Origin: a virus
Reading direction: 5' to 3' (one strand)
Length of the DNA stretch: 37,165 bases
UHGV virus genome: UHGV-0093680
The notes under the pieces were generated by a model that saw only the letters and a list, made by a program, of their open reading frames with translations, did no database searches and was not told the DNA's origin. Below are positions 1 through 7,723 of the stretch, one piece after another (the first letter of the stretch is position 1; every line of letters starts with the position of its first letter). The translations under genes and the position numbers were made by a program.

Positions 1-87
1 TGGCGAGCGTTCCACTCCTGAAGTGTCAAGTACATCGCAAAGTCTCCGCAATTACTCGCAAGGGAACGAGTAGTGGTTGATTTTTCT

Positions 88-115
88 CCAACAAAAAAGG
101 AGCCGAAGCTCCTTT
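88..115 (-). terminator. Rho-independent terminator 3' of the antirepressor-like gene
   Basis: On the minus strand: hairpin AAAGGAGC-UUCG-GCUCCUUU followed by a U-rich run, directly after the CDS stop at 121-123. Confidence 0.6.
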
Positions 116-120
116 GATGA

Positions 121-744
121 TTAAAATTCGAATTGTCTCGCCCGAAGGCTTTTCAACATTGGTCTTGCCCGTTCGAAAACGGCGCTTGCCTGGTCAAGTC
201 GTGTCGCCTCCCTGAGCAGTACATCTCTGTTTTTCGTCACCGCATAGAAGGTTTCAAACGCAATGTCATACAGCTTACTCGCGTATGATGAGTTAAGTTC
301 CTTCATTATCGGGTACAGGCGTTTGCAGATGTCCTGTGCATTCTCCATCTGTACCTGCATGTAGCAGAGGAGGATGATTTCCTCGTCTGTGAATTGCTGC
401 GCTGGTTGCATGCTGCGAAGTTTCTTTTCGCACTCGATGAAGTATCGGCGTATCTGGCGGCCTTTTTCGTTGCGCTCGACCATCGCAGTTTCTTTGGCCG
501 TATCGAGGGTGAGGTGATAGTCTTTGCTACGGCGATCGCCTCCTCGACCTTTGATTTCCCGATTTGGGGAAACCAAAATATAGTCCTGATTTTCAACGAA
601 ACCATATTCAGCAATGCGTTCTGTAATCCACGATGCAAAGCGTTTACCTACCCCAAGAAAAGTATGTAAATCGCGAGCATTAACGAGAAGAGTGGTTTCG
701 TTGGCGATAGTGCCGTTGAATACGGGGATGAGTTGAATAGCCAT
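121..744 (-). CDS. AntA/AntB-family phage antirepressor-like protein
   Basis: ORF 121..780; N-terminal segment NARDLHTFLGVGKRFASWITERIAEYGFVENQDYIL matches my recollection of the AntA/AntB domain. Start placed at the in-frame ATG (MAIQLIPV) 9 nt after AGGAG. Confidence 0.7.
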   Translation of the reverse strand: MAIQLIPVFNGTIANETTLLVNARDLHTFLGVGKRFASWITERIAEYGFVENQDYILVSPNREIKGRGGDRRSKDYHLTLDTAKETAMVERNEKGRQIRRYFIECEKKLRSMQPAQQFTDEEIILLCYMQVQMENAQDICKRLYPIMKELNSSYASKLYDIAFETFYAVTKNRDVLLREATRLDQASAVFERARPMLKSLRARQFEF

Positions 745-1024
745 AATCATGACTCCTGACGTTTTAGTATTGACTGCCACCTTAGTGGGGTGGCGGGCTT
801 CAACTACCGCGTCAGACGGCGGAGCTTATTTCCCGAAAGGGTGTTCTATTAGGCTCTCTCGACCCGCCATAGATATGGCGATACCTGTAAACAGGCATAA
901 AAAAGCCGCAAAGCTATCGGGTGCGGTTGACCGCTGACGTTGTAGTGCGGTCAGTATGCGATAGCTCTGGCGGATTTGTCAAATCATGTAGCCTTTATCC
1001 TGCTGTAAGCCGCGCCATTCGGGA

Positions 1025-1046
1025 TTTTCCCCATATTTGGGGAAAA
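1025..1046. repeat. Perfect inverted repeat TTTTCCCC-ATATTT-GGGGAAAA in the antirepressor upstream region
   Basis: 8-bp arms with a 6-bp AT spacer, read directly; a shorter copy (TTTCCC-GATTTG-GGGAAA) lies at about 555-572 inside the antirepressor CDS. Confidence 0.5.
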
Positions 1047-1085
1047 CTATCTGCGAAGTATTCACCTTTGACGGCAAGTTGCAGG

Positions 1086-1571
1086 TTAGCCACGGTTAAC
1101 CTCCTGAGGCGGTTCTGGTAGCGGCATCCAATTGATTACATCGCATTCAGGGATGCTGATATCATCACCAAGCCACCCTTGACCTTCAGACCTGCATTGC
1201 ACGTAATACCCGTATTCTGTGTTCACTACGCACCACTGCGCGTCGTTCGGCATTCGCTCACTACAGCTTATCCAACCATCCGGAGTTACCGGCACTGGCT
1301 GGGCGGTGTAAAGCGGAACAACTCGCCCTCCCCATTGCTTAACACTACTCTCAGCGAACACTAAATGCTCAGTCCGATAATACCCAGGGGCATCAATATC
1401 TTTTCTTTCGCTATCCCACATGTAAACCACCGGCTCTGCTGTCAGCGATGCCAGAGCAATTCGTGCCAGTTCTTCCGCTTCTTCTGCTGGCAGTACAACG
1501 TTGCTACCAGGTCCGTATGTTTCGCGCCACTGCCTGATTGTCAGCAGTCGCTCTTTGGTAATAGTGGTCAT
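1086..1571 (-). CDS. DUF551-like phage protein
   Basis: ORF 1086..1652; C-terminal signature W-x-PLPEPP is typical of DUF551 proteins; start at MTTITKERLL preceded by AAAGGAGAG; start lies 1 nt from the upstream gene's stop. Confidence 0.65.
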   Translation of the reverse strand: MTTITKERLLTIRQWRETYGPGSNVVLPAEEAEELARIALASLTAEPVVYMWDSERKDIDAPGYYRTEHLVFAESSVKQWGGRVVPLYTAQPVPVTPDGWISCSERMPNDAQWCVVNTEYGYYVQCRSEGQGWLGDDISIPECDVINWMPLPEPPQEVNRG

Positions 1572-1572
1572 A

Positions 1573-2301
1573 TCACTCTCCTTTGATGCGAATGCCTGCG
1601 GCGCGTGGCACATTAACTTCCACGATGCGCACAGTTGGTTTGTACATCTCAATCGCTGTCAGCCAGTCAGCGCCAGTCATGCGCTTTTCTGCATCGCCAT
1701 TAGTCCACTTAACCGGTACACCAATAGCCTTCATCGCGATTTCTATTTCCCCGGCAATGGCGCTTTTTCCGCAACCAGTAAAACCAGATACAACGACAAG
1801 AACTTCGCCTTTGGCTGGTTTTATTTCCCGCGCTTCCAGTTCTGCTATGCGCTTCTCTGATGCTTCAAGTAACGCCTGCTTATCGCGTAGCGCTTCTTCC
1901 AGTTCAGCAACATGGCACTCACTATCAATAAGGTTGTTCTCTGCGGCTTCCAGCTCAACACGCAGCTTCCCTACCGTTAGCGCAATATCCTCGTTCTCTT
2001 GGTCGCGGCGTTTGATGTATTGCTGGTTTCTTTCCCGTTCATCCAACAATGCCAGCACGGTAACTGGATTGGCTGCGGCGATGAATTCAGCATTGGCCTG
2101 CTGTTCCATTTGGAAATCTTCATCGAAACCGCTTTCAGGATGCGCTCCTTCAATTCTGCAAATGGGAAGATATCCAACAACTTCACGATGAATTAGCGCA
2201 TCACCAGCATCAAATCTCTCCTCTCCATATTCTAGCGACCACACACCACACGTTGCTTTTTCTGCCTTAGCACGCAGTGCCTGGTAATTAATTTCGCTCA
2301 C
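1573..2301 (-). CDS. Ead/Ea22-like protein
   Basis: N-terminus MSEINYQALRAKAEKA and a central acidic coiled coil match my recollection of Ea22-like prophage proteins; GTG start 6 nt after AGGAGG. Confidence 0.7.
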   Translation of the reverse strand: MSEINYQALRAKAEKATCGVWSLEYGEERFDAGDALIHREVVGYLPICRIEGAHPESGFDEDFQMEQQANAEFIAAANPVTVLALLDERERNQQYIKRRDQENEDIALTVGKLRVELEAAENNLIDSECHVAELEEALRDKQALLEASEKRIAELEAREIKPAKGEVLVVVSGFTGCGKSAIAGEIEIAMKAIGVPVKWTNGDAEKRMTGADWLTAIEMYKPTVRIVEVNVPRAAGIRIKGE

Positions 2302-2542
2302 TGGCTGCCTCCTGCTTTTCTGCCTTCAACACCATGCGAGAACCATCATCCAGCTCCCACACTATCTCACCACCTTCAGCCATGACCAGTTGCCACACCA
2401 ATTGAGCAGCCTCATTGGTAACATCACGACCTGGATCATTGCCAACGCGCATACGTCCACCTTCAACATCGCGCATTTTTGCCAGCATGATAGTTTTTGA
2501 TAGCGGTGAAAAACCAAGCTGTAGTCGTGCTGAATTACTCAC
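2288..2542 (-). CDS. Hypothetical phage protein (84 aa)
   Basis: In-frame GTG start (VSNSARLQ) 6 nt after GGAGG within ORF 2288..2575; stop overlaps the Ea22-like start; GTGA overlap with the upstream gene. Confidence 0.5.
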   Translation of the reverse strand: MSNSARLQLGFSPLSKTIMLAKMRDVEGGRMRVGNDPGRDVTNEAAQLVWQLVMAEGGEIVWELDDGSRMVLKAEKQEAASERN

Positions 2543-3039
2543 TGGTTGCCTCCTTTGCGAAGCTGTTCCGCCCATTCTTCAAGGGATTTCTCCGCATATT
2601 CACCGGACAGGCCATCAATCGGGTACGGTTCATTAGCCAACTCTTCTTTCGCTGACAGAATCATGCGCGTAACGTCGAAAACTTCACGCAAAGACTTATT
2701 GATAAATCCGTGATTGAACGCAGCAGCAAGACGGCTGGCGGTATAGTTAATCCCCTCGTTGCGTGCTTCCGCACGAATTTCAGCCAGAAAAGCATCGGTG
2801 GCTGGGGTTTCCGTGAAGTTGTCCTCCCAACCGTAGTACTCCTGACGACAGAAGTTATTAAATTCCTTCTCCGACTGTTTAAGCGCCGCATTCTCCGCTG
2901 CCAGCGCCGCGCACTTGGCCTCCGCTTCAGCAAATTTACGCACCAGATATTCAGCGTTTGTTTCGTTAACCTTTAAATCACTTGGGATGCATTTACCTTT
3001 AAGAAATCCATCCATCTCAATTAGTGACATTTGTTTCAT
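2539..3039 (-). CDS. Hypothetical phage protein (166 aa)
   Basis: Long ORF in the same orientation and tightly packed in the early-left operon; no motif recognised. Confidence 0.55.
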   Translation of the reverse strand: MKQMSLIEMDGFLKGKCIPSDLKVNETNAEYLVRKFAEAEAKCAALAAENAALKQSEKEFNNFCRQEYYGWEDNFTETPATDAFLAEIRAEARNEGINYTASRLAAAFNHGFINKSLREVFDVTRMILSAKEELANEPYPIDGLSGEYAEKSLEEWAEQLRKGGNQ

Positions 3040-3200
3040 TTCTTCCCACTCCGCAACATCGCATTCAGATATTTGTTTTGATTCACTGATGGAAAAGAAT
3101 TTCTCTTAAGCAATTCCTCTCTCGATGGCATTGGCTTTACGCGTTGGCGAATAATCATTTCTGCCGGAAGAATGCCGGGATTGTATGCAAGTCCTCTCAT
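3036..3200 (-). CDS. Hypothetical small protein (54 aa)
   Basis: ORF 3036..3233; start chosen at MRGLAYNPG, 6 nt after GAGGAA; ATGA overlap with the downstream gene. Confidence 0.4.
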   Translation of the reverse strand: MRGLAYNPGILPAEMIIRQRVKPMPSREELLKRNSFPSVNQNKYLNAMLRSGKK

Positions 3201-3210
3201 GGTAAATTCC

Positions 3211-3507
3211 TCAGTCATTACTGATAGCGCCATAGCGTGAGCGGTAATTACGCAGGCGCGGGTCGATATATTCAGGGAATTTGTCTATTGTCGCTTTTCG
3301 CAACGGTCTCATTGCTGTTTCGTTTGTTCGGTCCTTCTCCTGTTTTAGCGCGAGTTGTATATCGCGTCGGTACATCCGTTCTGCTTTTGTTTCTGGTGTC
3401 AGAGCAAGAAACGCGTCGAAATTGTTTTTGATATTTTCCAGCACCTCCGCCTTGGAACTACCGGAGCAATTGCGCGGGTCATCCGCACCATACAGAGGCG
3501 CTGGCAT
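3211..3507 (-). CDS. Hypothetical phage protein (98 aa)
   Basis: ORF fitting operon packing; no motif recognised. Confidence 0.5.
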   Translation of the reverse strand: MPAPLYGADDPRNCSGSSKAEVLENIKNNFDAFLALTPETKAERMYRRDIQLALKQEKDRTNETAMRPLRKATIDKFPEYIDPRLRNYRSRYGAISND

Positions 3508-3530
3508 AATGGGAGCCTTATTTTCAATAA

Positions 3531-4118
3531 TCAGAAAGGAGGGTAATCGTTCTGGCTGTAACCATAATCATCTGCATGATTATGGCTTACGTTTTTAGAG
3601 CGATTGTATTTATCTTTGAGGCTGGCAACCATGTTGGCGATAGTTTCTGGTTGCTTGCCTTCCGCCTTTTCTTTAAGGGTTTGACCTGTTTGTGCAATAA
3701 ACGGGATGCGTATTTCCATCTGGTAGCTGTCTGCGCCAGTCTTTTTGTTTGTGGTTAATACTTTCTGGAGCACTAACCCGATTTTCTTTCCATGAAACTC
3801 AGGAGCAACAAATTTACTGGCGGAAACCATATGTTGCGTTAATTGTCCAATCCCGGCACACCCCATCATGGCGTGAACGACATTTGCGCCAAATTTGTTT
3901 TCCGTTCCGTCATTTTTCTGAACACAGACGCTAAGATATTGGATTTTACGTCCGTCGTCAGATTCGCCAGAAAACTCAATAAATTTGGCTCCTTTTTCTG
4001 ATTGCTTTAGTTCTGCTTCAGTAATGGTAATGATATGAGCACCAGTTTCGTTAATAAAACCACCTTGCCCTGCGGTCAGTGCTGCTTCTTCGTTATAAGT
4101 AAAAATCACGTTGCTCAT
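3531..4118 (-). CDS. Putative ssDNA-binding protein (SSB-like partner of the Sak4-type ATPase)
   Basis: ATGA overlap with the upstream ATPase gene; aromatic/acidic C-terminal tail (DDYGYSQNDYPPF) resembles an SSB-type tail; the DUF669/DUF2815 assignment is tentative. Confidence 0.5.
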   Translation of the reverse strand: MSNVIFTYNEEAALTAGQGGFINETGAHIITITEAELKQSEKGAKFIEFSGESDDGRKIQYLSVCVQKNDGTENKFGANVVHAMMGCAGIGQLTQHMVSASKFVAPEFHGKKIGLVLQKVLTTNKKTGADSYQMEIRIPFIAQTGQTLKEKAEGKQPETIANMVASLKDKYNRSKNVSHNHADDYGYSQNDYPPF

Positions 4119-4795
4119 GCGGCGTTTTCCTTAATTTGATGAACATTATTGATGCCGTAGTAATCACAAACAGTGGCATCGACGAAAGAGAGATCGTTAT
4201 CAATCTCATTAGAATCAAACATTCCCATTGGGGATTTTACAGTGTCTGCACCGTTGTTTTTCGTGGTGAAAAAGAACTGGTCATCGCGGGTAAGGGTGCG
4301 AAGAACTATAGTAAACATGCCTTCGACAGTGATTTTCTCGTCCAGCATTTTGCCGATAGTCTTCATTTTCACACGCCCCATAGGGGTTTCTTCGGTGTGT
4401 GCAAGAAAATAGACTCTCAGGTCATCAGGTGCATCCTGTGCAGCCTTAATCACCTCCCATGCGTGGCGGCCTATCTCAGTGAATTTATCAAACGATTTTT
4501 CTTCTGAGCGGCGCATAAACTCATTGCTCATCACATACTGGAAGTCATCAACAATAACGATTCTTTTCCCGTATTCGTGAGCACGCTTAATTACGGCAAC
4601 TATTACGTCCCATTTGTCAGTGGTAACTACGGTTCCTTTTTTTGCTCTGGCATCCCATGCCAGCCAGTCTTTTGATTTAAATGGAAGCGGCTTGCCTATT
4701 GGTTTTATAAGTATTGCTTCCTCTGGATTGATATTTCTCATGCTGGTTGATTTTCCGGTGCCAGATTCACCGAGTATTAATGTCGCAGTTCCCAT
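4115..4795 (-). CDS. Sak4-like RecA-fold ATPase (phage recombination protein)
   Basis: N-terminal Walker A LILGESGTGKST and Walker B-like IVIVDDFQ; about 226 aa, a RecA core only; sits where lambdoid recombination genes lie, between kil and the accessory genes. Confidence 0.7.
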   Translation of the reverse strand: MGTATLILGESGTGKSTSMRNINPEEAILIKPIGKPLPFKSKDWLAWDARAKKGTVVTTDKWDVIVAVIKRAHEYGKRIVIVDDFQYVMSNEFMRRSEEKSFDKFTEIGRHAWEVIKAAQDAPDDLRVYFLAHTEETPMGRVKMKTIGKMLDEKITVEGMFTIVLRTLTRDDQFFFTTKNNGADTVKSPMGMFDSNEIDNDLSFVDATVCDYYGINNVHQIKENAA

Positions 4796-4803
4796 AATTT
4801 GCC

Positions 4804-4992
4804 TCAGAATGGTAATTCGGATGGGGAGGAAAGAAACTCACGCTCATTCATGCGCTCTCTTTGTGCCTGCCATAAGCAAAGTTGTTTCTTTGATTTATCT
4901 CCCGCTTTACGCCAGTAACGAGCCTCAGCAATGTGATATTCTCTTTTTAATCGACTTAACTCTGGAGTTTTCGCCAGTTCTACCGGAATCAT
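4804..4992 (-). CDS. Hypothetical small protein (62 aa)
   Basis: ORF 4804..5004; start at MIPVELAK with GGAGG 5 nt upstream; ATGA overlap with the kil-like stop. Confidence 0.45.
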   Translation of the reverse strand: MIPVELAKTPELSRLKREYHIAEARYWRKAGDKSKKQLCLWQAQRERMNEREFLSSPSELPF

Positions 4993-5102
4993 TTTGACCT
5001 CCATTTTCTGTAGGCTTCGACGGCCTCACGAAACATCTTTTCATCGCCAATAAAAGCGGCGATAGTGAATTTAGTCTGGATAGCCATAAGTGTTTTATCC
5101 AT
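4989..5102 (-). CDS. kil: Kil-like host-killing protein
   Basis: In-frame ATG within ORF 4989..5228 gives MDKTLMAIQTKFTIAAFIGDEKMFREAVEAYRKWRSK, resembling my recollection of lambda Kil; lies directly downstream of cIII as in lambda; GGAG upstream. Confidence 0.6.
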   Translation of the reverse strand: MDKTLMAIQTKFTIAAFIGDEKMFREAVEAYRKWRSK

Positions 5103-5235
5103 TCTTTGGGACTCCTGGCTGATTAAGTATGTCGATAAGGCGTTTCCATCCGTCACGTAATTTACGGGTGATTCGTTCAAGTAAAGATTCGGAAGGGCAG
5201 CCAGCAACAGGCCACCCTGCAATGGCATATTGCAT
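5095..5235 (-). CDS. cIII: CIII (FtsH inhibitor, CII stabiliser)
   Basis: In-frame ATG within ORF 5095..5337 gives MQYAIAGWPVAGCPSESLLERITRKLRDGWKRLIDILNQPGVPKNG, essentially the lambda CIII sequence as I recall it (C-terminus shorter); AAGGAG 7 nt upstream. Confidence 0.85.
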   Translation of the reverse strand: MQYAIAGWPVAGCPSESLLERITRKLRDGWKRLIDILNQPGVPKNG

Positions 5236-5296
5236 GGTGTGCTCCTTATTTATACATAACGAAAAACGCCTCGAGTGAAGCGTTATTGGTATGCAT

Positions 5297-5322
5297 ATAA
5301 AAAGGCCCTCACACTGGAGGGC
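5297..5322 (-). terminator. Rho-independent terminator (tL1-like) between the 80-aa gene and cIII
   Basis: Minus-strand hairpin GCCCUC-loop-GAGGGC followed by UUUUUAU; position matches an N-antiterminated leftward terminator. Confidence 0.55.
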
Positions 5323-5384
5323 AAAGAAGATTTCCAATAATCAGAACAAGTCGGCTCCTGTTTAGTTACGAGCGACATTGCTCC

Positions 5385-5412
5385 GTGTATTCACTCGTTG
5401 GAATGAATACAC
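5385..5412. repeat. 9-bp perfect inverted repeat GTGTATTCA-N10-TGAATACAC
   Basis: Read directly in the intergenic region between the 80-aa gene and cIII; function unknown. Confidence 0.5.
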
Positions 5413-5450
5413 AGTGCAGTGTTTATTCTGTTGTTTGTTCCAAAGTGAAT

Positions 5451-5693
5451 TTAATCAGCAATAAAATCTTCTGGTAATTTATCAACCACTTGATGGCTTA
5501 TTATCAGCCATTTGCCATCCTTCGTTTCGTATGCATATTTTTGGTCTTTTATCATCATGTGTTCAGCTACTGCCTTAACTGCCTGTTCGGTTACATCTTC
5601 TTTCTTTCCCACCCACATTCCTTTTTCAGTGTTTAATGTTCCTTGAAAAATACGACCACTTAATGGGCTTGCGCCCATAGTTTTTACTCTCAT
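5451..5693 (-). CDS. Hypothetical protein (80 aa) at the ral/ea10 position
   Basis: ORF with GAGGG 7 nt upstream of ATG; immediately downstream of the N-like gene. Confidence 0.5.
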   Translation of the reverse strand: MRVKTMGASPLSGRIFQGTLNTEKGMWVGKKEDVTEQAVKAVAEHMMIKDQKYAYETKDGKWLIISHQVVDKLPEDFIAD

Positions 5694-5753
5694 GTATCAG
5701 CCCTCAAATAAGTGGTTTGCTGCCTAATTTCATTTTCTGGCGACCAACACAAG

Positions 5754-6137
5754 TCATCTCGCCGTCAGTTGTTTTGATTTCCGGTATCCTGCTGCGTAAA
5801 GAGCTACATCTGGAAGACATACACCAGTTTCTGGTTGCTTATGTCCAAACTCATTCGCGTACACAATGGCCGCTCTCTCCAGATTGCGTCTGTATTCTTT
5901 CTGTTGCCAGATCACGTCCTGTGCCATGAACTTAATTGGCTTAGCGTCTTCTATGCGCTCAGGCGTTTCGTGAGTACCTTTAGCCTGAATCTGCGCTCTG
6001 CTTAGAGTAGGGCGGTGTAATACTTCTGAACTTATTGCTTCTTCGCGGGCCAGCACGCCGTTAGCTAATGCCTTTGCCTTTAAACGCTCACGACGACGAG
6101 AACGTGAATTGCCTTTGAACTGAGTTCTGCGTGTCAT
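5754..6137 (-). CDS. N: N-type transcription antiterminator (P22 gp24-like arginine-rich motif)
   Basis: In-frame ATG within ORF 5754..6203 (MTRRTQFKGNSRSRRRERLKAKALANG), an arginine-rich N-terminus; AGGAGG 6 nt upstream; a boxB hairpin lies in its leader. Confidence 0.75.
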   Translation of the reverse strand: MTRRTQFKGNSRSRRRERLKAKALANGVLAREEAISSEVLHRPTLSRAQIQAKGTHETPERIEDAKPIKFMAQDVIWQQKEYRRNLERAAIVYANEFGHKQPETGVCLPDVALYAAGYRKSKQLTAR

Positions 6138-6266
6138 ATGGAACCTCCTGATGAACTTTGGCGGTGAATACAGCCGGGCGACTAACTCCGGTCGCGTAAT
6201 CATTGCAAAGCGCCTCCGCCGAGAAGGTTAGCTTCTGCATTCACCCCAAAGTTCACTTTGGTTATT

Positions 6267-6281
6267 GCGCTTTGTCAGCGC
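6267..6281 (-). promoter_or_regulatory. nutL boxB hairpin
   Basis: Minus-strand GCGCUGACAAAGCGC (5-bp stem, GACAA loop); the same 13-nt core recurs in nutR at 8776-8790 and matches the P22 boxB as I recall it. Confidence 0.75.
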
Positions 6282-6350
6282 CGTAGATTCATATTCGAAT
6301 CGTTGTATATTCACCGCCCTGGTGAGTAGTGCGTCCTGCTGATGACGATA

Positions 6351-6379
6351 ATAATGAACCAATAGTTCGACATTATCAA
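6351..6379 (-). promoter_or_regulatory. Candidate pL (leftward early promoter)
   Basis: Minus-strand TTGATA - 17 nt - CATTAT, about 65 nt upstream of boxB; operator half-sites not resolved. Confidence 0.3.
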
Positions 6380-6564
6380 GAACTATTGGTACGAATTTTG
6401 GTGATTTATTAACTCTACGAAGTATGATTCTGATATATAAGGAAATTTATTTTTGAAAATGTGGCTGATGAAGGTTATGCGGCAGGGATCAGAACTGCAT
6501 GGTTTAGCGAGTTACATCAATAAATACAATTGGTTATGTGTTTTTAGGTGGGGGAGCGAGAGGC

Positions 6565-6592
6565 AAATAAAACCCGGCACTGAGGCCGGGTG
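6565..6592 (-). terminator. Rho-independent terminator (tImm-like) after the cI-cassette operon
   Basis: Minus-strand hairpin CCCGGC-loop-GCCGGG followed by UUUUAUUU, starting a few nt after the 227-aa gene stop. Confidence 0.75.
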
Positions 6593-6596
6593 TGTA

Positions 6597-7280
6597 TTAG
6601 GGGGTTGAGACTCCAGAGAGCAATCCGTAGATTTTATATACAGCAAATGCTAATGCTGGCAAGCCAAGGGCCCATTTGATTATATCAAGCTTAACATCAC
6701 TAAGCTTACCTTCTAACTTTGCCTCTTGAACAGAAAGAGCTGCATCGATCTTTTTTGATTGGGAGTCAAGGGCACTCTCAATTCTACTCGATTGTATGTC
6801 CAGACGACTGTTGATTTGTTCGTGCTGAGTAACAACTAAATGCTTCATCTCCTTTATATCTGAAGCCATTAGTTCACGCCATTTGGCCATATCAGCCTGC
6901 ATTTTTGAGGCCACTGCATCCACTTCAGCTTTATTTGCCTTCAGAAGTGCCTGTATTTCGTTTCTGCTCAAATCGGACATTGCGGTTCCCTGTATAGGAG
7001 TTTCCTCGTACGGTGGGATAACATTAGATTGTCCTTTACAATCGGCAACCCCTCCTTTATCTACGATTGTAGCAGTTAGCTGGGAATTGGTCGCATCATC
7101 CACCATGTTTTTTGGTGAATAAGAGGAAATAGGCGTAGAAAACAGATTACCTTTTGCTGTTTCCATGAACATCATGAAATCGCGAGTATTAACGTTATTC
7201 AGGGAAACTTGCAGTGGTTTAACAATACTTGATGTTTTGTAAGTAATAGTTAAATCACCTACTTCTTCCGGTTGTTGCAT
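6597..7280 (-). CDS. Unknown tail-anchored coiled-coil membrane protein (227 aa), distal gene of the cI-proximal cassette
   Basis: Long ORF; central heptad-like region (…AEVDAVASKMQADMAKWRELMASDIKEMK…) and a C-terminal hydrophobic helix (WALGLPALAFAVYKIYGLL); start overlaps the upstream stop (TAATG). Confidence 0.7.
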   Translation of the reverse strand: MQQPEEVGDLTITYKTSSIVKPLQVSLNNVNTRDFMMFMETAKGNLFSTPISSYSPKNMVDDATNSQLTATIVDKGGVADCKGQSNVIPPYEETPIQGTAMSDLSRNEIQALLKANKAEVDAVASKMQADMAKWRELMASDIKEMKHLVVTQHEQINSRLDIQSSRIESALDSQSKKIDAALSVQEAKLEGKLSDVKLDIIKWALGLPALAFAVYKIYGLLSGVSTP

Positions 7281-7612
7281 TACGACTTCGCTCCATTAGA
7301 GTTTTGTGCCTCTAATTGTTCGAAAAGAAGAACTATATTCTCCTGAAGAGCCTTTAGTTGTGCCATTGGCATTATCACAGTGCATTGCTGATTGAGTTCA
7401 TTTACAGAGCCTATCTGCATATTCGCTCTACCTGGTTGATCTGGTATATCATTTTGGGATAGTACCGCAGGTATTGACTTGTTTGCGATAAAATGTATAC
7501 AAATGAGATTTTTTTCCGCTCCCGGTAGTGGAGCAAAACTAGCGAAGTCCGCATAGGTTTCAATATAATCCACAGATGGTTTAATTTTGACCGGTTCCAT
7601 AACGCCTCTCAT
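7280..7612 (-). CDS. Unknown protein (about 107-111 aa), proximal gene of the cI-proximal cassette
   Basis: ORF 7280..7615; first ATG at 7612, with an alternative ATG at 7600 preceded by GAGAGG; no motif recognised. Confidence 0.6.
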   Translation of the reverse strand: MRGVMEPVKIKPSVDYIETYADFASFAPLPGAEKNLICIHFIANKSIPAVLSQNDIPDQPGRANMQIGSVNELNQQCTVIMPMAQLKALQENIVLLFEQLEAQNSNGAKS

Positions 7613-7617
7613 CAAAT

Positions 7618-7646
7618 ATTGTAGGTTTTTTAATTCAATGTGTTAA
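7618..7646 (-). promoter_or_regulatory. Candidate sigma70 promoter for the two-gene cassette
   Basis: Minus-strand TTAACA - 17 nt - TACAAT in the AT-rich gap between the cI stop and the cassette. Confidence 0.35.
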
Positions 7647-7723
7647 ATGTTGGTGGTGTGTTATTTAAAGTTATTTTGACATCCTCCACGCCCTGAAGGA
7701 CGGGGCTTGTCGCGTACTTGAAG

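Noticed and set aside
306-669. ORFs 306..638 (-) and 394..669 (+) inside the antirepressor-like gene
   Set aside because: They lie wholly within a better-supported CDS that has a recognisable domain, and have no ribosome-binding site or motifs; treated as frame shadows.
749-1121. Plus-strand ORFs 749..937 and 921..1121 in the region upstream of the antirepressor gene
   Set aside because: No SD and unusual composition, in a region more plausibly regulatory (it contains the TTTTCCCC/GGGGAAAA palindrome); not called as genes.
1583-2191. 202-aa plus-strand ORF overlapping the Ea22-like gene
   Set aside because: Antisense to a gene with a conserved N-terminus and strong SD; Ser/Ala-rich low-complexity translation typical of a shadow ORF.
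6460-6609. Plus-strand 49-codon ORF in the pL region
   Set aside because: No SD, overlaps the minus-strand terminator, and lies in a region expected to hold the pL operators.
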